Under the pieces are notes generated by a model that worked only from the letters and a program-made list of their open reading frames with translations, was not told where the DNA came from and did no database searches. A stretch of 64,000 bases of DNA from an uncultured Chloroflexia bacterium. GTDB lineage: Bacteria; Chloroflexota; Limnocylindria; Limnocylindrales; CSP1-4. Positions 46,189-54,087 of this stretch are shown in pieces. Where the stretch lies: positions 2,613,486 to 2,677,485 of the forward strand of contig OY970185.1 in assembly GCA_963708015.1 (NCBI GenBank). Reading direction: 5' to 3'. Position 1 is the first letter of the stretch, and every line of letters begins with the position of its first letter. The position numbers and the translations under genes were made by a program.

Positions 46189-47490
46189 ATGGATCGACCG
46201 ACGACCGGGACGGAACCTTGGGCCATCGCCCAACCCAGCCTGTCACCTGTCCTGGGCCGCTATTTCGAGCGGAGCTGGAGCCACGGCGCCGGCCATCGCC
46301 TGTTTGACACGGCCGGGCAGAGCTACCTCGACTTCGCCAATGGGATTGCCGTGTCGGCCCTCGGCCACGGCCACCCCGCGGTGAACCGGGCGATCCACGA
46401 GCAGGTCGACCGGCTGATCGTGCCGACCGGCGCGATCGGCTACGCCGAACCGGTCGTGCGCCTGGCGTCCGAGCTCGCGGCGACCTTCTCGGACCCGCTC
46501 GACACGGTGATGTTCCTGAACTCTGGATCAGAGGCGATCGAAGCGGCCCTCAAGCTCGCCCGGCGAGCTACCGGCCGGGCCGGGATCGTTGCCTTCCGGG
46601 GCGGCTTCCACGGGCGGACCTTCGGGGCGGCCTCGGTGACGAGCTCGGCCCTGAACTATCGGATCGGCTACGAGCCGCTCCTGCCGGGCGTCCACCTGTT
46701 GCCCTTCCCCGCCGTCTACCGCGACTTCGAGGGCGACGAGGACCGGGCGACGGCGACCTGCCTGGCCGCGCTCGACGAGCTCGCCCGAACGGTCCTCCCG
46801 GCCGACGGGATCGGCTCGATCCTGGTCGAGCCGGTCCAGGGCGAAGGCGGCTACTACCCGGCCCCAGCCGCCTTCCTGCAGGGCCTCCGGCGGTTCGCCG
46901 ATGAGCACGGGATCGTGTTGATCGCCGACGAGGTCCAGACCGGCTACGGCCGGACCGGGCGGATGTGGGCGTTCGAGGCGGCCGGGATCGTGCCCGATGT
47001 CGTGTGCGTGGCCAAGGCGATCGCGAACGGCCTGCCGCTCTCGGCGATCGTCAGCCGGCGCGAGCTCCAGGAGCGCTGGGGCCGGAGCGCCCACGGCAGC
47101 ACGTACGGGGGCAACCCGGTCTCGTGCGCGGCGGGCCTGGCCGTGCTGGCCACGATCCAGGCCGAGAAGCTCATCGAGAACGCGGCAGCGCGGGGAGCCG
47201 AGCTGACCCGGGGCCTCGAGGCCATGGCGGCCGAGGATCCCCGGATCGGCGACGTCCGCGGGCCGGGCCTGATGATCGGGATCGAGCTCGTCACGGACCG
47301 GGCCACGAAGGCGCCGGCGGGAGACCTGGTCAATGCCCTCGTCGCCGGCTGCGCCGATGCCGGCCTGCTCGTCCTCTCGTGCGGCCGGGACCACAACATC
47401 GTGCGCCTGATCCCGCCCCTGGACGTGACGCCCGAAGAAGTCGGCGAGGCCCTCGGGATCCTCGACCGGACGCTTGCCTCGCTGAGCTAG
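46189..47490 (+). CDS. class III PLP aminotransferase (4-aminobutyrate/acetylornithine aminotransferase-like)
   Basis: Start 'MDRPTTG'. 'LIADEVQTGYGRTGRMWAFE', and 'CVAKAIANGLPLSA' carrying the PLP lysine. Confidence 0.88.
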   Translation: MDRPTTGTEPWAIAQPSLSPVLGRYFERSWSHGAGHRLFDTAGQSYLDFANGIAVSALGHGHPAVNRAIHEQVDRLIVPTGAIGYAEPVVRLASELAATFSDPLDTVMFLNSGSEAIEAALKLARRATGRAGIVAFRGGFHGRTFGAASVTSSALNYRIGYEPLLPGVHLLPFPAVYRDFEGDEDRATATCLAALDELARTVLPADGIGSILVEPVQGEGGYYPAPAAFLQGLRRFADEHGIVLIADEVQTGYGRTGRMWAFEAAGIVPDVVCVAKAIANGLPLSAIVSRRELQERWGRSAHGSTYGGNPVSCAAGLAVLATIQAEKLIENAAARGAELTRGLEAMAAEDPRIGDVRGPGLMIGIELVTDRATKAPAGDLVNALVAGCADAGLLVLSCGRDHNIVRLIPPLDVTPEEVGEALGILDRTLASLS

Positions 47491-47629
47491 CCCCGACCTC
47501 GGTCCGCTGGCCGCCATCGACCAGTCAGAGCAAGCTCAGGTCGACGGACAGCAGCGAGCGCCCGCCGCCCAGCGAGCGCTCGAAGACGACCCTGATTTCG
47601 AACAGGGCGGAGGCGGCCGCCGGCGGGAT

Positions 47630-47842
47630 CTAGCGGTTGCGCGCGAGGAACGCCATCACGTCATCCAGGCGGAAGCGTCGGTCGCCCCGCTTGCAGACGC
47701 GATAGAACGGAAGCTCGCCACGGTCGCCGAGCCGCTTCACCGTGTTCACGTGCAGGTGAAGCATCTCGGCAACTTCGCTCGCGGTGAGCATTGGTCCCAG
47801 GTCGGTGGCGGCCATTGATGCCATCGGTCGAGTTTGCCTCAC
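47630..47842 (-). CDS. excisionase/MerR-like HTH_17-family DNA-binding protein
   Basis: 'MLTASEVAEMLHLHVNTVKRLGDRGELPFYRV...RFRLDDVMAFL'. The true start is probably one of the internal Met codons. Confidence 0.65.
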   Translation of the reverse strand: MRQTRPMASMAATDLGPMLTASEVAEMLHLHVNTVKRLGDRGELPFYRVCKRGDRRFRLDDVMAFLARNR

Positions 47843-48153
47843 GTCGGTGCGTCTTCGGCCGTTCCGGGCCCGTTCGGTTGTAACGGGTAGAGTGCGGCCT
47901 GCTGCTGGGTGGAGCGTAGGGGTGCGGCCTATTCACCGCCAAGCCGTACATTCGTCCCGTCCGGAGGTACCACGGCGACCCCTGGCGGCCCCTACGTCAG
48001 CGCGTTCACGCCCTTCCCCGCCGCAGCTCGGGACCGGCCTGGGCGGCGCCGGCTCGTGCGCCAAGTGTTCCCAGACATGAAGACGCCCCCGCTGCTCCGG
48101 CCCAGGGGACCGGCACGGGGGCGCCGTCGAGGGTGCCTGACGTCGGCCCTCGG

Positions 48154-48327
48154 TCAGACCGAATGGCCCACGTTGCTGATCATGCCTTGCAGGTTGCCGC
48201 CGATGAATGCCAGGGAAAGAATTGCGACGATCGCGACGAGGGAAAGGATAAGTCCGTATTCAACGAGGCCCTGGCCTGCATCCCGGCACCGATCACGAAG
48301 GATCGGCTGGAAATGCCACCTGTTCAT
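48154..48327 (-). CDS. flp: Flp/Fap-family type IVb prepilin (57 aa; below the ORF-track length cutoff)
   Basis: My own translation: 'MNRWHFQPILRDRCRDAGQGLVEYGLILSLVAIVAILSLAFIGGNLQGMISNVGHSV'. It has a Gly followed by the 'xxxVEYGLIL' Flp motif and a hydrophobic helix. Confidence 0.7.
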   Translation of the reverse strand: MNRWHFQPILRDRCRDAGQGLVEYGLILSLVAIVAILSLAFIGGNLQGMISNVGHSV

Positions 48328-48396
48328 TGCTCGTATGTTCGCCTCCCAGCTGCGTGATTCGTCCGAATCAACTCCTGACCACCCAGTCAGGACTCA

Positions 48397-48424
48397 AACG
48401 TAGATCGAGATCCACGCTCGTCAA
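48397..48424 (-). promoter_or_regulatory. candidate sigma-70-like promoter for flp
   Basis: On the minus strand: TTGACG (48419-48424), 16-nt spacer, TACGTT (48397-48402), about 70 nt upstream of the flp ATG. Confidence 0.35.
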
Positions 48425-48546
48425 GGCCCCTATCCGGGTCGACGGTGCCATGTTGCATCAGCCGATGGTCCTGGGGAACAGCCAGCTCGCTGAGGACAAT
48501 TCCCTATTGGTGAGCGCCCGCTGATTGGTCGGGGCAGCTGGGTGGG

Positions 48547-48622
48547 TGGCGTCCCCGGAAGGGTTCGAACCTTCGACCTACCGCTTAGAAGGCGGTTGCT
48601 CTGTCCACTGAGCTACGGGGAC
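48547..48622 (-). tRNA. tRNA-Arg (anticodon UCU), CCA encoded
   Basis: Reverse complement GTCCCCGTAGCTCAGTGGACAGAGCA-ACCGC-CTTCTAA-GCGGT-...GGTTCGAACCC...CGGGGACGCCA folds as a cloverleaf. Confidence 0.9.
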
Positions 48623-48760
48623 GGGGCTGGCGCTCGACGATTATCGCGGCCGTCGTCCAGTCAAGCCACTCCCTGGGCGCGGGGCCCGGCGTTTCTTGAA
48701 CGTTTGTCGGCCGGCCCACCCCATAGCCGATGTCGTCGGTCGAAGGTGGAGGTGGCTCAG

Positions 48761-49861
48761 ATGGCTTGGCGAAGGCGGCGGCCGGAGCTGGTCGCACTTG
48801 TCTGCGGATCGATCATCGTTCTCGCAGCCTGCTCGGGCGGGCCGGCCGGAGGAGGATCGAGCTGGCAGTCGGTGAGCAGCCTGCCGCCGTCGTTGGGCGG
48901 AGCCCTCTCGAGCATCACCGTCCAGGGCTCCACCTTTTATGCCGCTGGATACCGGGGCGTTCGTGGTCCAGGCCTGGTCTGGAGCTCGGCCGACGGCCGG
49001 GCCTGGACTGCCGCTCCGGAGTCGAGCACCCTCGCTGCATTCCCATTGAGGGCCGTGACCACAGGCCCGAAGGGCCTCCTCGCCCTGGGTAACGACTGCT
49101 CCGGAAGCGGAGAGTGTGGCCTGGAGTTCTCGAATTCCTTCCTCTCCCCCGACGGCTCGACGTGGACGGCCGGAGGCCTGGTCGGGGGCAGCCTGGTGGG
49201 TATGTGGGACGCGGCCTGGACCGGCACGCTGTACGTCGCGGTCGGACGTGACGGCAACTCCGAGCCCGACACGGGTCGCCTCTCGACCTCGCCCGACGGC
49301 GTGACATGGACGATGGCGACCGTTCCTTCCATCGACGCCTCCCAGGCCCAAAGTGTTGCCGCTGGCAAGCAGGTCGTCGTCGCCGTCGGCCATAGCCAGC
49401 TGGCTGACGGCACCTGGCGGGCGGCTTCCTGGGCATCGGCCGACGGCCAAACTTGGAAAGCGTCCGACAGTCAGGCCTCGCTGCGAGGCGGAGATATGCT
49501 GGCGGTCGTGGCCGGGGGCCCCGGCTTCGTGGCCGTCGGGACTGGGGCCGACGGCGCGGCGGCCTGGACTTCGACGGACGGGCTGACATGGACCGCGGTG
49601 GCCGACGGCCCCGATCTCAAGGGCGCGACGATGGACGCAGTCACGACAACGTCGAATGGGTTCGAAGCGGCCGGCTACGACAGCGACGGAGCACGAATCT
49701 GGTCGTCGACCGACGGGTCCACCTGGAGTCGTGATGCCGTGCTGCCGAACGCCGCGAAGACCGAAGCCACGGCCGTCGCGTCGATCGGCCAGACCGTGGT
49801 CGTGGTTGGCCGGGCGTCACCGGCCGGAACGGACCAGGCCTATGTCTGGGTCAGGCAATAG
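48761..49861 (+). CDS. lipoprotein with six BNR/Asp-box-like repeats (beta-propeller-like)
   Basis: Start 'MAWRRRRPELVALVCGSIIVLAACSGG' with GGTGGAGG SD. Repeats 'SSADGRAW', 'SPDGSTW', 'SPDGVTW', 'SADGQTW', 'STDGLTW', 'STDGSTW'. Confidence 0.75.
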   Translation: MAWRRRRPELVALVCGSIIVLAACSGGPAGGGSSWQSVSSLPPSLGGALSSITVQGSTFYAAGYRGVRGPGLVWSSADGRAWTAAPESSTLAAFPLRAVTTGPKGLLALGNDCSGSGECGLEFSNSFLSPDGSTWTAGGLVGGSLVGMWDAAWTGTLYVAVGRDGNSEPDTGRLSTSPDGVTWTMATVPSIDASQAQSVAAGKQVVVAVGHSQLADGTWRAASWASADGQTWKASDSQASLRGGDMLAVVAGGPGFVAVGTGADGAAAWTSTDGLTWTAVADGPDLKGATMDAVTTTSNGFEAAGYDSDGARIWSSTDGSTWSRDAVLPNAAKTEATAVASIGQTVVVVGRASPAGTDQAYVWVRQ

Positions 49862-50437
49862 GTGGTCGAGCAGGATCGGCGGGCGTTGATCGGTGCCGCC
49901 CAGCGCGGTGACCAGGATGCGTTCGCCGTCGTGGCGATCGACTCGGCGGACCGGCTGTACGCGATCGCCATCCGGATCCTGCGCGACCCCGACCTGGCTC
50001 GGGACGCCGTCCAGGAGGCGCTCCTCAACGCCTGGCGAGACCTCCGTTCGCTGCGCGACCCCGATCGCCTCGACCCGTGGCTGTACCGGCTGGTCGTGCG
50101 CGCCTGCTACCTGGAGGCGCGCAACCGACGGCGGACGATCGGCCTGACCCGGCTGGCGACGATCCGGCCGCTGGCCGAGCTGCCGCCGACCGCCGTGGAT
50201 GACCACGACCAGCTCGAGCGGGGATTCCGGTGGCTCTCGCCGGAGCAGCGAACCGTGGTCGTCCTGCGGTACTACCTCGACCTGCCCCTGGCCGACGTGG
50301 CCCAGATCATGGCCATCCCCGAAGGCACCGCTCGGTCGCGGCTCCATTACGCGATGTCCGGCCTGAGGGCCGCCCTCGAGGCCGATGGCCGGCCGGGCGA
50401 GCCGGAGTGCGGCCGGCGGGCGAGGAACAGCGCATGA
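49862..50437 (+). CDS. ECF-type RNA polymerase sigma-70 factor
   Basis: GTG immediately after the preceding stop. 'ARDAVQEALLNAWRDL' (region 2) and 'LPLADVAQIMAIPEGTARSRLHYA' (region 4). Confidence 0.85.
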   Translation: MVEQDRRALIGAAQRGDQDAFAVVAIDSADRLYAIAIRILRDPDLARDAVQEALLNAWRDLRSLRDPDRLDPWLYRLVVRACYLEARNRRRTIGLTRLATIRPLAELPPTAVDDHDQLERGFRWLSPEQRTVVVLRYYLDLPLADVAQIMAIPEGTARSRLHYAMSGLRAALEADGRPGEPECGRRARNSA

Positions 50438-51678
50438 GATCGGACGACACCGAGCGGCGCGTTCGCAACTGGCTCGCCGAGGCGCCCGAGCGCGCGCCCG
50501 ACGACGTGATCGAGTCCGTCCTGGCCGAGGTCCCAGCGACGAGACAGCGCGGCCCCTGGCGCGCCTACCTGCCATCGAACTCAATGTGGCCGCGCCTGGC
50601 TGGCCTGGCGGCAGCGGCGCTCGCGGTCCTCGTCGTGATCACCCTCGCCTGGTCCGGCCGTCTGGCGGGTCCGACGAGCGCGGGTCCGCGGCCGGGCCAG
50701 GTCCAGCCGATCGATATGACGCCGTTCGGTCACGCCGCGATCACCGACGTGATCGACGGGCCGTCCGGGCTGCTCGCGACGGGAACGCTCGTCGAGAACG
50801 GCCACGACCAGGTGGCGGTCTGGTCGTCGAACGACGGCCTCGCCTGGACCCGGGACGCGGACGCCGGCCTCTCAAAGGACACGACGGCGGGCCGCCTCGC
50901 CCAGAACGGGACGACCACGGTCATGGCCGCCCTGACCTGCCCGCCGGGCCCCACCTACTGCGGCGACACGATCGTCCTGGCCAACGTGGCCGGCGGCGGC
51001 TGGCAGCTGGCCAGCGGCACCGGGGATGGGCCCACGACGATCATCGCCGGCGGTCCGGGCTTCGTCGCCGCCGGATCCAACCAGGACGGGAATGGACCGA
51101 CAGGCGTCGTGATGACCTCCACCGACGGAACGAGCTGGACGGTCGAGCCGTCGATCCCGGTCTTCGTCGGGGCCTCCATCGGCGGACTCGCGGGCGACAC
51201 GGCCCACGGCTTTGTGGCCGTCGGACAGGTCGAGGGTGCGCCGGTCGTGTGGACCTCGGCGGACGCACTGACCTGGACCCGGGCCGCCCCAGCGGACACG
51301 ATGTCGGGTGATCAGCTGACCGACGTTGCCCTGGCTGGGCCGGGCTGGGTCGCGGTCGGGAATGGCCCGGCCGGTGGGCAGGCCTGGTCGTCCGGCGACG
51401 GCCGCGCCTGGCTGGCGGCACCGGGCGATTCGGGCCTCGATGCGGCGAACCTCAGCCGGGTGGTCGCGCTGGGCTCGGAGGTCCTAGCCCTCGGAACGTC
51501 GACGGGTGGAGAAGGGGCAGCCTGGGTCTCGTCGGATGGCGCGACCTGGGCCAGGTTGACGACAGGCAGCGAGTTCGCCTCGGCCCAGATCACCGCCGTG
51601 ACCGAGATCGACGGTCGCTACCTGCTCCTCGGGCTGACCGCCACGGGCAGCCCGGTCGGTGCGCTCGTCGCTCCCTGA
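50434..51678 (+). CDS. single-pass membrane protein with extracytoplasmic BNR-like repeats (candidate anti-sigma/sensor)
   Basis: ATGA overlap with the sigma stop. N-terminal region of about 50 aa, TM 'LAGLAAAALAVLVVITLAW', then 'SSNDGLAW', 'STDGTSW', 'SADALTW', 'SSGDGRAW', 'SSDGATW'. Confidence 0.7.
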   Translation: MRSDDTERRVRNWLAEAPERAPDDVIESVLAEVPATRQRGPWRAYLPSNSMWPRLAGLAAAALAVLVVITLAWSGRLAGPTSAGPRPGQVQPIDMTPFGHAAITDVIDGPSGLLATGTLVENGHDQVAVWSSNDGLAWTRDADAGLSKDTTAGRLAQNGTTTVMAALTCPPGPTYCGDTIVLANVAGGGWQLASGTGDGPTTIIAGGPGFVAAGSNQDGNGPTGVVMTSTDGTSWTVEPSIPVFVGASIGGLAGDTAHGFVAVGQVEGAPVVWTSADALTWTRAAPADTMSGDQLTDVALAGPGWVAVGNGPAGGQAWSSGDGRAWLAAPGDSGLDAANLSRVVALGSEVLALGTSTGGEGAAWVSSDGATWARLTTGSEFASAQITAVTEIDGRYLLLGLTATGSPVGALVAP

Positions 51679-51682
51679 GCCG

Positions 51683-53095
51683 CTAGTCCTGGCTGCCGCC
51701 CGCCACCGTGAACACGAGCAGCTCGGCCGGCCCGCTGCCCGAAGTCGTGAGCGTGGCCGTGGTCCCCGGTGAGACCAGGGTCGACTCCCGGGTGCCCACC
51801 GTGCTGGCTGTCCCGCTCTCGCCCTGGACCTCGACCGAGCCATCGAGGACGACGATCACGGTCGGGCCGGTCGAGGCGAACGCCTGGCTGGAGCCCGGAT
51901 CCAGGCGGACCCGGTCGAGCGTCTCCGTGTACGGTCCGGGCGCGAACGGCCCGACGTCCGGCGACTCGAACAGCCGCTCGGACGTCGCCAACGGCATCTC
52001 GGCGTTCCGGCCACCGGCCGAGCGGATCGAGATGAACAGCCAGTCGTTCGAGCCGGGGCTCTGGATCGCCAGGCCCGAGGTGCCGATCAAGGCCAGCAGG
52101 GCAATCGAGAGCAGCCCAATTCGGGCCGGCCGGCGAGCCGCCAGGAGGACGACAACGCCGACCAGGAGGAGGAGGGCCACGGCCAGGAAGGCCCCGGCCG
52201 GAACATCCTGGACGTTGCGGTGGGCGTGGACCTGGCCGGCGACGATGAAGCCAGCCTGCCCTCGCGGGACGGCGACGGTTGGCCCCGTCGCGAACCCGAT
52301 CGTGGCCACCCCGTCGAGGCCGTATGCCACGCCCGAGTACGTGTGGACGTGGGGTCCCAGCACCGCCCCCGGCGGCTGGGACAACTCGATCACGCTCACG
52401 AAATCCTTGCCGGTGGGCAGCGAGGCCACCGTCTGGCGGGCGACCTGGGTCGTGGTCGCCGGCGATGGGTCGGCCAGGCTCGACTCGGCCCGCAAGCCGG
52501 CGAGGACCAGGGCCGGCACGAGCGCCAGTGCGAGCCCGGCCACGACCAGGACGCCATCCCTGCTGGACGTCCTCTGCGGGGACGCAGGGTCCGGATCGAT
52601 GGCGACCAGCGCGATCCCGGTTCGTTCGGCCGGCACGGCGACGCCCGCCCCCAGCACCAGGCCGAAGGCCAGCCAGGCGATCAGGGCCTCGATCGGTGCC
52701 CCGAGACCGAGCGGCAGCATCATCAGGGAGCCCCGCATCGGATCGGCCGTGGTCACGGTCGTGGCCGGAGCGAGGAGCCCGAGCAGGGGCATGAGCACGA
52801 CCCCGGCAATCAGCCAGCACAGGATTCCGAGGCCCGCTCCGGATCCAATCCGGGCTGGCACCCGCCCGGATCGGGCCAGGGCGACGAACAGGCCGGCCAC
52901 GAGCACGAGCCCGACGACGAGAATGATCCAGCCCGGCCAGGAACCAGGGTCGTCATGAGGCACCGCGACCAGGTTCAACATGGCGGCGGAGGCCAGTGAT
53001 GGCAGTCCGAGAGCGGGGGCGACGGTCAGCCAACCCAGCCAGACGGTGGTGGCGGCAATGATTCCAAGAGCGGATCGAGACGACCAGGCGGACAT
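51683..53095 (-). CDS. polytopic membrane protein with two cupin-like beta-barrel domains
   Basis: Start 'MSAWSSRS' (the track ORF extends to a TTG at 53236). Several TM segments, cupin motif 'GPHVHTYSG...AGQVHAHRN', and a second barrel without metal ligands. Confidence 0.6.
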   Translation of the reverse strand: MSAWSSRSALGIIAATTVWLGWLTVAPALGLPSLASAAMLNLVAVPHDDPGSWPGWIILVVGLVLVAGLFVALARSGRVPARIGSGAGLGILCWLIAGVVLMPLLGLLAPATTVTTADPMRGSLMMLPLGLGAPIEALIAWLAFGLVLGAGVAVPAERTGIALVAIDPDPASPQRTSSRDGVLVVAGLALALVPALVLAGLRAESSLADPSPATTTQVARQTVASLPTGKDFVSVIELSQPPGAVLGPHVHTYSGVAYGLDGVATIGFATGPTVAVPRGQAGFIVAGQVHAHRNVQDVPAGAFLAVALLLLVGVVVLLAARRPARIGLLSIALLALIGTSGLAIQSPGSNDWLFISIRSAGGRNAEMPLATSERLFESPDVGPFAPGPYTETLDRVRLDPGSSQAFASTGPTVIVVLDGSVEVQGESGTASTVGTRESTLVSPGTTATLTTSGSGPAELLVFTVAGGSQD

Positions 53096-53891
53096 GTCAG
53101 ACCCCCTCGACGTGATTCCGATGAGCCGGCGCTGGCAGGGAATCTTGAACGGCGATTCGGCCCTGGCGACCGGCGAGCGGCTTGGACGCCGCCTCTTCTC
53201 CCTCGTTCCAGCCCAGCTCCGCTGCCGGTTCTGCAACGCCCCGTTCCGAGGCCCCTACGCAGGCCCGTTCGGCAAGCTCGGTTATACCCCATCGCGCAAG
53301 AACCCAAGCATCTGCGAACGCTGCATCGAGCGTGCCCCCGAAGGCGGTGCGCTCGTTCCCGTGAGCATCCTCTTCGCCGACGTGCGAGGCTACACGACGA
53401 TCGCCGAGCGGATGTCGAGCGTCGAGACGACCGCCCTCCTGCACCGCTTCTACCAGGCGGCCTCGAAGGCCCTCCTGGCCAACGACGCGATCCTCGGCCA
53501 GATCGCCGGTGACGAGGTCATGGCGATCTTCGTGCCCGGCCTGGCCGGCCGGGAGTTTCCCCGCCAGGCGGTCCGGGCGGCCGACGCCCTCCTTCGCGCG
53601 GTCGGCTACGGGACCCACGATGGCAACTGGCTCGACGTCGGAATCGGGATCTGCACCGGCGAGGAGTACGTCGGCAACGTGGGCGGTGGCGGCTTCAAGG
53701 ACTTCACCGCGATCGGCGACACCACGAATACCGCGGCCCGCTTCCAGGCGGCGGCCGGCGGCGGGGAGGTGGTCGTCTGTGCGGCGACCTATCGGACGGT
53801 CGAGGAGACCTACCCGCGGGCCGAGGCGCGCGCGCTCCAGCTCAAGGGCAAGCAGGTGCCGGTCGAGAGCTTCCGCTTCCGTGTCGGGTGA
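53094..53891 (+). CDS. class III nucleotidyl cyclase with N-terminal zinc ribbon
   Basis: 'CRFCNAPF...ICERCIE' ribbon. Cyclase motifs 'ILFADVRGYT', 'IAGDEVMAIF', 'IGDTTNTAARF'. The start is uncertain (alternatives at 52980 and 53121). Confidence 0.8.
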   Translation: MSDPLDVIPMSRRWQGILNGDSALATGERLGRRLFSLVPAQLRCRFCNAPFRGPYAGPFGKLGYTPSRKNPSICERCIERAPEGGALVPVSILFADVRGYTTIAERMSSVETTALLHRFYQAASKALLANDAILGQIAGDEVMAIFVPGLAGREFPRQAVRAADALLRAVGYGTHDGNWLDVGIGICTGEEYVGNVGGGGFKDFTAIGDTTNTAARFQAAAGGGEVVVCAATYRTVEETYPRAEARALQLKGKQVPVESFRFRVG

Positions 53892-54087
53892 CGTTCCACC
53901 CGTGGTTGCAACCCAGGGCAGCATAATTCCTCCCGCTTGTTTGCCCACCGGGATTGGGGCGGCGACCGGCTGATTCGTTCAATCTGGCGGTGGCCCGAGC
54001 GTCCGGAAGCCTGGAATCGGCGTGCTACACTCCGCCTCCGCCGCGCAGGAATCGCGGCAGTGATCGCTCCGGAGGTACCACTCGAAC

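Noticed and set aside
42959-46384. 1141-aa ORF. Similar long shadow ORFs: 12267..14555, 59699..62065, 3803..5353, 17855..19684, 37811..39541
   Set aside because: They lie antisense to, or out of frame with, genes that have clear family motifs (GMC oxidoreductase, acyl-CoA dehydrogenases, MeaB, hbd, NiCoT, folE, the LLM-UbiA fusion). Their composition is dominated by R/G/P/A/D and they have no recognisable motifs.
47500-48622. Genomic island integrated at tRNA-Arg (excisionase-like HTH, lower-GC flp gene next to the tRNA 3' end)
   Set aside because: There is no integrase or recombinase gene. I also found no convincing direct repeat of the tRNA 3' half; the best match, 'gatttcgaaca' near 47594, covers only about 7/9 nt of the T-loop region. 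HTH_17 proteins also occur as ordinary regulators.
51683-53891. Pycsar/CBASS-like cyclic-nucleotide defence pair (cyclase plus membrane effector)
   Set aside because: The neighbouring membrane protein is divergently transcribed. Its beta-barrels show cupin motifs (HxH...H...N) rather than a cNMP-binding 'FGE...RTA' cassette, and no TIR, patatin or other effector domain is present. The cyclase is therefore reported only for its unusual specificity residues.
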